DNA from: Tubulanus polymorphus
Lineage: Eukaryota; Animalia; Nemertea
NCBI RefSeq assembly: GCF_964204645.1
Contig: NW_027437478.1
Span: forward strand, 1-55,000
DNA: 55,000 nt
Reading direction: 5' to 3'
Each line of letters opens with the position of its first letter. The stretch's first letter is position 1. The notes under the pieces were generated by a model. The model was not told where the DNA came from. It saw only the letters and a program-made list of their open reading frames with translations, and searched no databases. Position numbers and translations under genes: made by a program. Shown here one piece after another: positions 35,575 through 47,259 of the stretch.

Positions 35575-38106
35575 ACGCTGAAAGATTTAAGACATTTCTT
35601 ATAGTATCGTTTGAATAACTGCACATTATGTTGATAATAATTCTATTTGCATTGCTCGAAAACGATGAAGTGAAGTTGACCTGATATATCCAATAACTCG
35701 ACTGATCCTCGGCTCAGTCAGTCGCTACGGGATGGTAGTGTGAAGGGATCCGTTGAGAAGGCTCCGACTCGACCATTTACTCAGTCAGTCACTACAACGG
35801 ACAGTAGTGTAAGAGGCCCGAATCATTTACAAAACATACTTTACCTTCCATTAACATTATATTTGCATTGAACTTGAGTGTTTTTTTTGCTCTAAGTGGA
35901 CCGGTATGAGTCCATATCCGTTAAAAATCTGTTTTCATTATTGATCGCTCTTGCGTCGTGTAAATATTTTCATAATTTATGCAATCTACAATTCTCAATG
36001 ACTAATTTTTCATTGCAATGTATTTTAAAAATTTGCTTCTTCTCGAAATAAATGCATGAAATTCAATATGTTGGAATTTGATTTTCCACGTTAGAATCGG
36101 GCTAAATCGATCAATATTCGTCCGACGATACAACACTTGAATTATATCATTGTTTTTGCCTCTTATGAATAGTTCATGAGATTTATGTATCCACAATTGA
36201 ATACCAGGTCGAATTTTAATCTACGATTGATGATGAGATAATTTAACCATTTTCAAAGAATAAATCATCGAATGTATTTTCTATCGACAAGGATTATATA
36301 AAGCAACTGAGTATTTTTATTTGTATCGTCCAACAAACACAAGGCAAGGTCTGCTCCGGCGTACTGGTTGAGCGATATTGAGTAAGAAGGAGCCTATGGA
36401 AGTTGAAAAATAGCATATATATAACCCATTAGACATCTCAGATATTTGGGTAGAATTTCATATCACCCAATATAGGCACTCGCGTATTATGCGATTCATG
36501 AGTCAAGACTCCGTGGACCGTTGTTGCATTAGTTTAGTGTTAAAATCTAATAAACATCTTGAGGATTTGATTAGTAATATCTCCAATAGCTTTGATTCAT
36601 GAAGTCTTTTAGGTTAAAACTGACCAATGTTATCACACAAAGCCCTAGCAATGAAATAAACAACATAACGCCTTATGAGATCTAGTTTCTAGGGATTTTA
36701 TTCGAGGTTTTTTAACTGTAATTAAATCAAATGTATATTAAGAATATACGTAACAACCTACAGACATCTCCGTGAATAATTTATACATTGAAAACCAATC
36801 TAACAATTATGATAAGTGGAAAACTAGAATTGAATTGAAATATCCGATTAAGTACACAGGGAATTGAATATGATTGATATGTTTTTCACCTAGTGTGACA
36901 ACGCTTCAGCCGTCTACAAGTGGTACTTTTCATACAAACTAATAGCTGTTTGTACCGCGTCTAGTGCGCACCATCACATATTGACAGGTTGGATGTGCCC
37001 ACCATGGCAGGGTTTCGTTCCGGGGCAGAGTTTCAATTCATCACTGTAAGGATTTGTTCGATAAATCCTTCGCCGTAAGCGCAATTAACAATGACCAAGC
37101 AACTTTTTACCAGGCCAGATAGTCCATGGACATAAAGAGAACATAAAAATGCCATCCCCTCTCTCCACGCCTGAACAGTTTGGGCTATTCGACGTGATTG
37201 ATAAGCCCCTGATCACTAAAGAATAATGGGACACTGGCACTAACAGATGGCGCATAAAAACATTGGGTCATTCGTAATGAAAATCAGTTCATTTTCAATG
37301 AAAGTTAGTTGATTTTTAGGCTTCCGTCCCCGACATTTATCAAACGAGGCATCGAATAGATATACGATTCCCTTTCTCACTCAGTGTATGTTACAGATTT
37401 CACTGAAAATTTAGTTAATAATCGGAAAAACTTGCTCGAATTCAGTCTCCAGCGAATTCAGGGTCCGATCTAAGCACTTGTCCGATTGCCCGGGACAAGT
37501 ATATACACGACGTTTGAATGCAATATATATATATTCATTTCAACGATTAAATCTTTGTAGAAAAATGGAATTATCCTGTTGTGCAAAGAAGAAAATATTC
37601 AAGATCATCAAATTACATATAGATTTCAATTTGACGAATGGTAAAAATCTATATCTTCAAAGGTTAATTTTCAAGAATATCTTCAAGGAGTCCTATCAAT
37701 TTTTTTTTTCAGTCGAACGAAAAGAAAATCGTTTTAACTTTTTCATGTATTACAGATTTTTGCCTTTTAATCAGCGGGGATATTTTATTCTAAATTTCAA
37801 TAAGGAGTAGTGCAGTTTATGGAATTTTCTCTTTAAATCTAAAATTGCTTTGGTAAATTAAACTTTTATTGTTCTCGCTACAATTGATCTCAAATTGTTA
37901 CCAAAAAAGATAATGATAACAAATCTGAAATTTCATTTATTTCTAAATGACCAATTTCAAAGAATAAAGAAACATATTTCAAAGAAACATATTTTGCGAA
38001 GCCCAAATGGTGTCCGGGGGAAGAGAGCGCCATAAAACAGCGCAAACCCATGTTGACAGACGACAGCAGGTCTACAAGTGACAGACGACAGACGGAACAT
38101 AGCAGG

Positions 38107-39130
38107 ATGAATCAGTTACAGATTATGTTTACGGTCGCGACAGCTTTACTGGTTCTGTTTGCTCAGGGTGAGTTTGTATTTTAGCCAGCCCCACAATATA
38201 CTGTCCACTTCAAATGCAGCTTAATTCGTAAAAACTCATTTCATCTCAATTGTTTTTTTTTATTTCATCTCATATCATCTTCGTTTTCGACAACAGTTGT
38301 TTAAAGTCTGACATGCCACTCTCGTGTGTATAAAAGCCGTTATAAGGCAGAATATAATACAATGAAACAGTTCGCTATTGACGGTAAGTATTTCATCTAA
38401 TTTTTTCTAAATCTCAGTTATCCTTATTTTCAGTGACAGCAACTGTAATGAGATGCTACGATTGTGAATATCATAAAGACGGTTATAAGGCAGTATATGA
38501 TGCGATGAAACAATTTGCTATTGACAGTAGTAAGTTTATCTTTATTCGCATTTTTTAATCGAAATCAATATAGATGTAGACATTTTCAATGGAGTATTGT
38601 GACGCATCTTCCTAACAAGCGGAGACAAAATAACGACGCCCAACTTAAAAACAAACTTACTGGCGTCATTCGTGCCTAATCTGTTGAGCCCCCCGACACT
38701 TAATTTGTTTCATCTGTTTCAGTTCTTTTGAAAAGAAACAACTCAAACGACATCGGAAAACGGTCATATTTTACCGACGGCTGTGAAACCAGCGATGATG
38801 TTCATAGCACAACGTGTCCCCTCAGCCGCGGTTATCAGTGCGGGGTAAGTAATGATTTACAGTAATCGCCCCGGTGAATTTCGTTGATACGTTCATCGGT
38901 TTCAGAATTCGTTACTGTTCGTTTCATTTCAGAAATTGCAATACGAAAGTTCAGTGTTTATTCGGGGCTGTTTCAAAAATTGTAAAAGCGAATATCCTCT
39001 ACCAAACAGCACTAAGTCTGTTGAACCGAAATGCTGCACCACCGACGAATGCAATAGCGCTTCCATCTATAGTATAGATATGATAATATTCGTTATGGTT
39101 GTTTCCGGTGTTTGGTTGTTTTCTAGATAA
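38107..39130 (+). CDS. Ly6/uPAR (three-finger fold) GPI-anchored protein, 4 coding exons: 38107-38167, 38434-38529, 38723-38844, 38933-39130
   Basis: Signal peptide MNQLQIMFTVATALLVLFAQV; CYDC, C, C, CG, RGCFKNC and CCTTDECN give 10 Cys; hydrophobic C-terminal GPI signal; canonical splice sites in compatible phases. Confidence 0.88.
38297..38383 (+). pseudogene. Degenerate tandem duplicate of Ly6 exon 2
   Basis: AG/GT-bounded 87-nt phase 1-1 exon reading V*SLTCHSRVYKSRYKAEYNTMKQFAID versus TATVMRCYDCEYHKDGYKAVYDAMKQFAID; in-frame TAA at 38302-38304. Confidence 0.75.
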
Positions 39131-39810
39131 GTGAAATTCGAGACCGAAAGTTAGGTTGCTTTTTAGGCTGACTATTTATTTTCAAACCTGGTTCTTCATC
39201 ACTCGATAACGTTTATAGTTCACTACCACAATAGCAATCAGAATACAGAGGGTGCAGAGTTTGCAACATTTTAAACAGATTTTTCTGAAATCAATTTTCT
39301 TCATGGATGCGATCAAACTAAGACATCGAAATAACGAAGGATGTAAATGGAGCGGGTCCATTTCATAGTTAATCGTCCTTCAAAAGAGCTGTGTTTCTCA
39401 GTGAAAAGAATAGGAAATTATAGTACCCGACGAAGAGCAAAGCTATACCCACAAAATTACAAAACACTTTCGGATAGATGTGTATTGAGAACGCTGATCT
39501 CGTGTGACCATCCAAACTTTGGATGCGACAGCGAAACAAAATGCAAGACGCAGTTTCGCTTAGAGTTACAAACAGTAACTGTCAAAGTATCGTAATCGCT
39601 TATTCTTTTGTAAGGCGTAGATACCGACCAATTAGCATGTGCCGCTAATAATCACAACCAACCCAGTCAGTTTACCTCTCGTAGACTAAAAGAACCAACT
39701 GAACACAGATCTAGTTATAATGTACATGTGATAGGATTCATGAATTACTGACACACGAAATCAATCAATAGATCTTTTAGTTGCACCAAAACACTTATCA
39801 TCAATCGGTT

Positions 39811-39920
39811 AATTACCAGTATTTGGTTGATGCTTTCCAATTATAATGTATTTCATATAATCGATCTGTAAATTACCAGTATTTGGTTGATGTTCTTCAA
39901 AATACAAAATGTATTTCATT
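39811..39920 (+). repeat. ~60-bp tandem duplication
   Basis: AATTACCAGTATTTGGTTGATG at 39811 and 39871. Confidence 0.7.
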
Positions 39921-41067
39921 TGTAAAATTTTCATTTGAAATGCTGATTATATAATCTGTACTCAATAAAGTAAATGCCTGTAGCGCATAGTGAGTAAACT
40001 GTGTAACATCAGAGATCTGACTCAATTCATTAATTTTCACCACATTTCACGCCATACCTGACTGGTCACTGGTCAACATTCCTGACTTCTTGCCTTTTGG
40101 TGGAACGACGGCGAAGATGATAAAGGTGGCGCCAGGAGCTGGTCAATTATCGGCAAGCTACAAGTCCGGGACACAAAAGATGGCGGCTTTTGACAAAGTT
40201 GACTCCTGGAACAGATTGGGGGAAATTCTACCTATTTTAAATGGCATTTTCAATTATCACTCTATCTACTTTGCTAGTACGCCTATTATCATATTGTAAA
40301 AATGAAATGTATATCTGCAAAATAGTTAAGCCGTTAATTTTGATTGGCCGAGGGTATGGGATTGATAACAAAAATGGTTAAAGAATAATTCTAAAACCCA
40401 TAAAATCCCGAGGAAAACTATTTACATGGGATGGACAGAACTTGGAAAGTTGTTGTAGGAAGTCTATATTCGGGATTGGAAACTTCCGAGGAATCCTCAG
40501 ATGATTGGATTCGAACCGTTTACGGTATGTTCCATTGCGCATGTCTATTGCACGCGACAGAACAATAATCTCCCGTTCGATATGGCTTCGATGTTTGACG
40601 TGAAAGATGAAACTAGGAAAAGATTTTCATATTTGAGTGTTTTGCGAGTTGATATCGATATTGTTTATAGGTAATTCGATTTTCAGACTTATTTCCCGTT
40701 CGCATTGCTTTGTGGGAGATTTTATAACAGTTGATTTACAGTCGGGCTCAGTTAAACCTCGTCTCAAAAGAGAAACCACTGTCACAGTATTTAATACCGG
40801 CCGGACGCCTTCAGGTTTAATTCACTGGTCTGTCAGAAATATCTCAGCGAACAAGAATGTAAAAAATGGCGTTCGTTGCCGTACAGCCAGACACAGCTGT
40901 TAGCGACAGCTGGAAGACACGCCCACACATCGGTCACACCTACAGGTATCAGCTCTCTTACTGAACATGTCAAGTTGAAAGTTATATCTTTTTTTCTGGC
41001 GTTTCTAAACTGTTTAATTTGTTTTTTCTTATCCAGATGAACCGAATTACTTGTTATTGTTGGGATT

Positions 41068-41285
41068 GGGGTCTCATGCAGTTGTTTGAGTGGAGGATTG
41101 GGAACCAAGAGGTCCCTAGATCGAAACCACCTGGCGTTGGCTGTCGAGACACATGCATGGACTCAGCTCTGGTAACTCTGTCAGGTTGTGAGCCTTAACA
41201 ACCTATAAAAAGGCCTTGGCCGTCTCTTAAGAACCACTAGGGTTACAGTGGTACTAGCTGCTGGGACGAAAAACTCTTCTTATTA
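41068..41285 (+). mobile_element. Putative tRNA-derived SINE
   Basis: Degenerate A box (TGCAGTTGTTTGAG) and B box (GATCGAAACC); GC-richer body ending TGCTGGGACGAAAAAC. Confidence 0.4.
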
Positions 41286-41629
41286 CATGCTAGGTGGCGT
41301 TACGGCAATATAAACTTGTCCTATGTATTGGATACCGTCTGAAACAACTGGAAGCTCGTAAGTATCACCTGCTAAGAGGTTCCCGGGTACTTGTAAGTAA
41401 TATCCGCACACCCCTTTCTGGAGAACTGTAAACTTCGAATCGTCAATGAAATCAATACATCACTAAATTCATTTCTAATGCCAAAAGAATTATTTATTTG
41501 TATTTTCAAGCACTGATACAAATTTGAATCGTATAGAACAAGGAAACGCGAAACCTACAGAATTAGAACATACATCTTCTAGTATAATGCGATGCTGGTC
41601 AAATTATCCATCATTTCTAAATACTTTTT

Positions 41630-42148
41630 CTAGTTTTTTTTAATTTTTTTTCAATGCATTTTTCAGAGATTTCAAATTGTTTCTTAGATCTTTGGCATTT
41701 TTTCTTACGTAATCGATAATCAGCGATTTGCCTTGTTTTGACTGAAATACTTTCGCCAAAACGCTAGGTAGTTGTGAACCTTTTAACTTTAGATCGTCCA
41801 AGATCTTGCTGTTGACGATAGTTTCGCAATCTAATTTGCTCAGTGGTCCCGATATGGCCTTGCCGTAATGTTCGACAGCAAGAGATGATACCTGTCGATG
41901 AAACCAAACACATAATTGAAAATGCTATTTCCCGGAAAGCCCTTTAAATACAATACTGAGATTATAAGAATATTAAGAGGTTATAGTGAGTGTAGCTGCG
42001 ATGGATTAACACACGTGATAGGATTGAAAAAACGCTTTTTGACTATACAGCTTTTTCTCTTTATAGACAGATATTTACCTTGCGACATGTGCTTTCATCA
42101 ATGGCATCGGTTGAAACCCAGAAAACCGCCAGAAAAACCACCAAAAAA
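41630..42148 (-). pseudogene. Secreted-protein family copy 1 (start codon deleted, 3' frameshift)
   Basis: Exon 42079-42148 (..VVFLAVFWVSTDAIDESTCRK, GT donor) and exon from 41891 (VSSLAVEHYGKAISGPLSKLDCETIV...KDLRNNLKSL); lacks the ATG segment present in copies 2 and 3. Confidence 0.6.
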
Positions 42149-42649
42149 CTGTAATCAGATCATAGAAATAGAGACTGGTTTCCGGCAGTGTCAGAACTGG
42201 AGACTGGTCCCCGGCTGTTTCAGAACTACAGATATCATGAGTGATCTTACCTATTTAATGTGTGTTGAGATTTAACGTGATATCAAAGCGACTGACGAAT
42301 GTTTCAGTTGTCGATTGAATCATGCGAGTTTTATACATATTTTGGGCTGAATAATATTTGATCAGAAGTTGCTGAACGGCTTCACATTAAACATCCCACT
42401 CAGTAGATCTAATACCAACTATTTACAGGATCGAGATTCGATTATTTCTGCTTTGTTTAATCTGTCTGCATCTGTTTTTCTACTGTATATTGCTGGAAAT
42501 TTGAAGGACGATGGAGGTTTTACATTTTCAATCCACAATTCCACAAAAGAGTCAAACTTATTGATAATAAACTCATTTTAACTAAACCCATAAAAGATAA
42601 ACTCATTTTAACTCTTTAGTCAAATTCAACTGAACTTAGGTATTTTGTC

Positions 42650-43203
42650 CAGGACAGTGTAAATGGATCCTAGAAACAAGTCTGGAAGTGTGGAACTTGG
42701 TCAAAAACTGTAGAAGTAGGTCCAGAACTGGATCTATTATGCGGCTTTCATGAATTATATTTATGGGCTTTCAGGAATATTATTGAGCTTCAGTTATTTC
42801 AGTGGTTAAACTATAGCAACAAGTAATGTACGGAAACTGGAGTTCATGGCCAGTGTCGCTATTATCAGACAACCTGCGTTTATGCTTGCGTCACACAACA
42901 GTAAGAAGATTTTAACAGAAACCCGATGCTGGAGAAATGACACAACCGCAACACTGGTTAACATTAGCAACCATACCAGATCCACAACACTGTCGAAGTA
43001 GGCCTAGAAATGTGGACCTGGGTCCACAACTATGAAGTAGGTCCACAACTGTGAAACTGGGCCCATAACTGCAGAAGTAGGTTTAGAAGACAGTGTGGAA
43101 CTGGGTAATCATGTCGAAGAAGGTCCAGATTACTGTGGACTGTAGAAGTATGTCCAGAAGTGTGGAACTGGGTCCACAAATAGAAGTGGGTCTAGAAGTG
43201 TGG
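42650..43203 (+). repeat. Degenerate ~20/40-bp satellite (also at 47820-48300 and inverted at 49150-49540)
   Basis: Recurrent TGTGGAACTGGGTCCA / AACTGTAGAAGTAGGTCCAGAA motifs. Confidence 0.75.
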
Positions 43204-43236
43204 AATTATGTAAGTTTCTGAAAGCAGCCTTTGAAC

Positions 43237-43239
<3 letters not shown>

Positions 43240-43330
<91 letters not shown>
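43240..43330. repeat. (TA)n microsatellite
   Basis: Pure TA run. Confidence 0.99.
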
Positions 43331-43333
<3 letters not shown>

Positions 43334-44705
43334 TAGTATTTAGTAATCTAGTAATTTAGGGGGATACATCATGGAGGTTCAAAGGCTGCTTTCAGAAACT
43401 TACATAATTTGACAAGAGTATTTTTTGGGGAATTGAAAAGGGTTATCAGTTTATAATGACTAGGTCTTGTTAAACAGAATTGTGGTAAGCACTGTGATCT
43501 TAGAATTGTATATTCTGGACATTCAAATAAAAAGTGATATTCATTTCCAATTACATTTTAGTTGCATTTTAAACAAAATCTCTGGTTTTGAGGTGTATTA
43601 CTATATCTACCGGTTTCAATCGGTAGTTTGTGATTACTACATCTAAACCGGCACAATGTGCGTCGCAATGAAATAGGGAGGTCATGCAAATATGGTTCGA
43701 ACTTTAGTTCAGTTTTGATCATAGAATACATTAGTCCTTTTGAGCTGTTACGGCAATCGGCCCTCCATTTTTGAGTAAATTGGTCTTGAAGACGCTGTTT
43801 GATCAATTCACCAATAAGTTCAGGATTTACTCGCTCGTGATTTACCCAGTAGTTCATTAAACCACACTCTTCTAGGGTGCATTTTATATAACTTAACCAC
43901 TTGGTTGTTTTTCCATGGAGCAAGTGCATATTAAAAAGCATTTTATACATTTGACCCGATAATGTCGATACATCATTCCATAAAAGCTTTGCCCAGAACT
44001 TAACCATTTAACTCTTGATGATTATCGCAAGCGGGGTTCTACCTAATTCACCATAGACCATATAATTTGGGGTAGACCGGTTTAGATGTAGTAAATATTT
44101 ACAAAAACGCAGGTGGTATTTCTCTAAAATAGCAGTTGATTCGTAACCCCATATTTCACATGCATGCGTAAGGATTGGTTCGACCATAGCATCAAAAAGT
44201 TCTAAACCTACGTCTGTATCTAAAGAGTACTGTTGGACCTTTTTCAAGACAAAAAATAGAGCTTTATTTGCTCTTTCCCCAATTTTCTTTCGACATTTTG
44301 CAAATGTACCAGTGTAATTAAATAATATTCCTAAGTAGACAAATTCGTCAACAACTTCGACTTCATGTTGGTGTATAAAAAAAGTTGGTTTTAATCTTGT
44401 TTTCCTTTTTTGGAATATTAGTATTTTAGTCTTTGCTGGGTTGATTTTCAATTTCCATAGGTCACAATATTCAGACAAAGAATCAAGTGCTAATTGTAGG
44501 CCTTCCATCGAGTCTGATAAAATGAGGGTATCGTCTGCATACAAAAGCACTAAAAGTCACAACCAGAAATTTACCTCATCATTATTATCAATACATACAC
44601 TTTGACAGCCTTTACTCAATAGAAAGTTTTCAAGGTCGTTTACATATAGACTAAAAAGTAGTGGGGATAGGTTATCTCCCTGCTTGAGACCAATATGACT
44701 ATGAG
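43331..44705 (-). mobile_element. 5'-truncated non-LTR retrotransposon (LINE, possibly RTEX-like) ORF2 pseudogene
   Basis: GLKQGDNLSPLLFSLYVNDL...LLYADD...YLGI...YGELGRTPL...RFRCSNHKLPIETGRY...CLKCN...EYHFLFECP; in-frame stops at ~44557, 44008 and 43558. Confidence 0.9.
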
Positions 44706-45791
44706 AAGTCCTTCAATTTGAAGAATGAAAGTTTTATATATTTGATGGGCGCTGTTATAACATATGGATTAGGGAGTCTAAAATTCAGTTCAAAGATTGA
44801 AAATGAACTTATTTTGACAGCGGAAACCTACTGCTCGTCAGGCCATCTGGTGGGATAGCAACTTTGTATGTACCTCAGTTATATATATTGTACCTAGGTT
44901 ATATTCAAATCCACCATTAATTATTCGTATCAATTAGACGACAATGATAGGTTTAATCAAATCCCCTCTCTATAGGAAACAATACAAGTCATGTCTAGAA
45001 GTTTCTGCCACATTTTGAATTTGTCGAAAATCTGCATGATTAAAAATTGCAAAAACGGGGGGGACTGAGGCAGTCTAGGGGTACCGTCTGACTAAGCCCC
45101 GGACGGTGTTGAGACAAAATTATGTTTAAACGCTGATATTTGAGTTCACACAGTTCACTTGTCCCTAACGCTAGCACGGTATATACCCCACGAGCAAACA
45201 AGCGATCATTTAGACAAACGTCATATTGTGTTACAAGATTATTTCGTTAATCTTTTTCATTCGAACGAAATGTTTTCGTGGGAACGGCATTTTTTTCGTT
45301 CTAACGAAAAGTTCCTCGTGGGAACGACACGTTTTTCGTTCGAGCGAAATGCTTGTTTTTTTATGGTAGCCAATTTCCCCTAACCCCTTAATCTATGGAC
45401 GAGGTGGTTATACAGATTATCAAGGAGATCAGCGCCATTTGTCAGTCAAAGACCGATTCCGTGACTACCTAATATCCATTAAATCCTCCTAATATATGTT
45501 ACTAACCCTTTATGTATAGAAAGTAGCCGAAATATTGTATGATTCTCATTTTGTTTCAATGATTACGTTGATTATAATGGAATGTTACCTGAATCGAGCA
45601 TAAGATTAACTACTTGTGGATCGATCACGCATTTGGAATTATAATCTAACACCCCAATGAAGTACCCCCCTTTAAAATCACGTGAGCACCGCCCTTTACG
45701 TTCATGTCATGTATATGACATTCCGGTCGAAAACTCCGGTCGAGAATTCCTTCTTGTAAGAATAAATAAGGATAATAATATAAAATCCCAT

Positions 45792-45915
45792 TAAAATATT
45801 CAAAAGACACGACGTTTCGATCTCACCCTAGAGATCATCGTCAGGTGTGACGATGATCACACCTGACGATGATCTCTAGGGTGAGATCGAAACGTCGTGT
45901 CTTTTAAATATTTTA
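45792..45915. mobile_element. Penelope-like pseudo-LTR palindrome carrying minimal hammerhead ribozyme motifs on both strands
   Basis: 49-bp perfect inverted arms (45802-45850 / 45857-45905); + strand ACAC-CTGACGA-T-GATCTC(tagggt)GAGATC-GAAAC-GTC-GTGT fits a minimal type I HHR core. Confidence 0.7.
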
Positions 45916-46714
45916 GATTTAATAAATAAATTCTGGTTTTTAAATTCTTTTAATCAGTAAATAGTGGGATTTTATATTATTATCCGTTCAACACGTTTGA
46001 GTGTGGTCATCGTTCTATCAAATAAGGATATTTTTTCATCGTGTCACCTCCGGGGGCAAGGCAGAGCATACTGTTGATATTACAACCAAACCCGACATAA
46101 ACCGCAATCTTTAAAATCACCTTCATTTCACCTTGAAAAACTGCATTATACAATCGCATTTCAACAGTTCCTGCATTTGCGCAGATTCTTTTACAGCAAT
46201 ATTGTTATTCAGAAAATCTAGACTATATTGCAGATCGAATTCGATCAGGCGCAAGATTGAATTCTACACTAGCTCTCAATCGAATAATTGTGTAATACAA
46301 TGTGTAATCAGTTGTTATGACTTGCAACAGAATATGACGTTTGTCTAAATGATCGTGTGTTTGATCACGGGATATATACCGTATATACCGTGTAAGCGTT
46401 AGGGGACACGTGAACTGAGTAAACTAAAATACCAGTGTTAAAACATCACCTGCTAACAGGTTCGCGGGTACTTATCATATGCCCACCGGTTTCTGGGGGA
46501 ACTGTAAACTGCGAACCGTCAATGAAATCAATACATCACTACATTCATTTCTAATGCCGATTAAGAATTATTTTTTCGCATTTTCAAACATTGACACAAA
46601 TTGTAATCGTATAGAACAAGGAAACGCGAAACCTATAGAATTAGAAGATAAATTTTCTAGTATGATAGAATGTTGCTCGAATTATCCATCATTTCCATGG
46701 CATTTTCTGGTTTT

Positions 46715-47259
46715 CTAGTTTCCCAGTTGTTTCAAGGCTGTGATCAAAGATTTCAAATTTTTTCTTTGATCTTTCACATTGTTTCTTGCGAAATCGATAA
46801 AGTTACAACAGTGTAAATCATGATTATAAGAATACTAACATGTTATAAATAATTGGCACTATTTCCAGTCTTGAATATAATTGCGTAAAATATAGATGCG
46901 TAACAATATAGATCTTAAACAACAGTTATTATTTGATTCTAACGTTTCGGGTTGAATACTTAAACCCATCTTCAGAGATTTGTTTCAGATACTGAGAGGT
47001 ATTTCCGTTAATTCGACTTTCCATGAGGAATATATACTGCACGTTGGACCAAGGATGTTTGCAGACTTTAGGTTCATGAATGTAGCTGCGATGGATTAAC
47101 TCTTCATATGACATACGATCGAAGAAACGCTTTGACGATACAGCGTTTCCTCTTTATAGGCAGATATTTATTTTCCTCGCTACATGTACTTTCATCAATG
47201 GCATCGGTTGAAACCCAGAAAACCGCCAGAAAAACTAACAAAAAACTGATCAATTTCAT
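46715..47259 (-). pseudogene. Secreted-protein family copy 2 (donor lost, last exon partly deleted)
   Basis: ATG at 47259, MKLISFLLVFLAVFWVSTDAIDESTCSE with GT>GA donor; remnant IDFARNNVKDQRKNLKSLITALKQLGN* ends at 46715. Confidence 0.6.
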
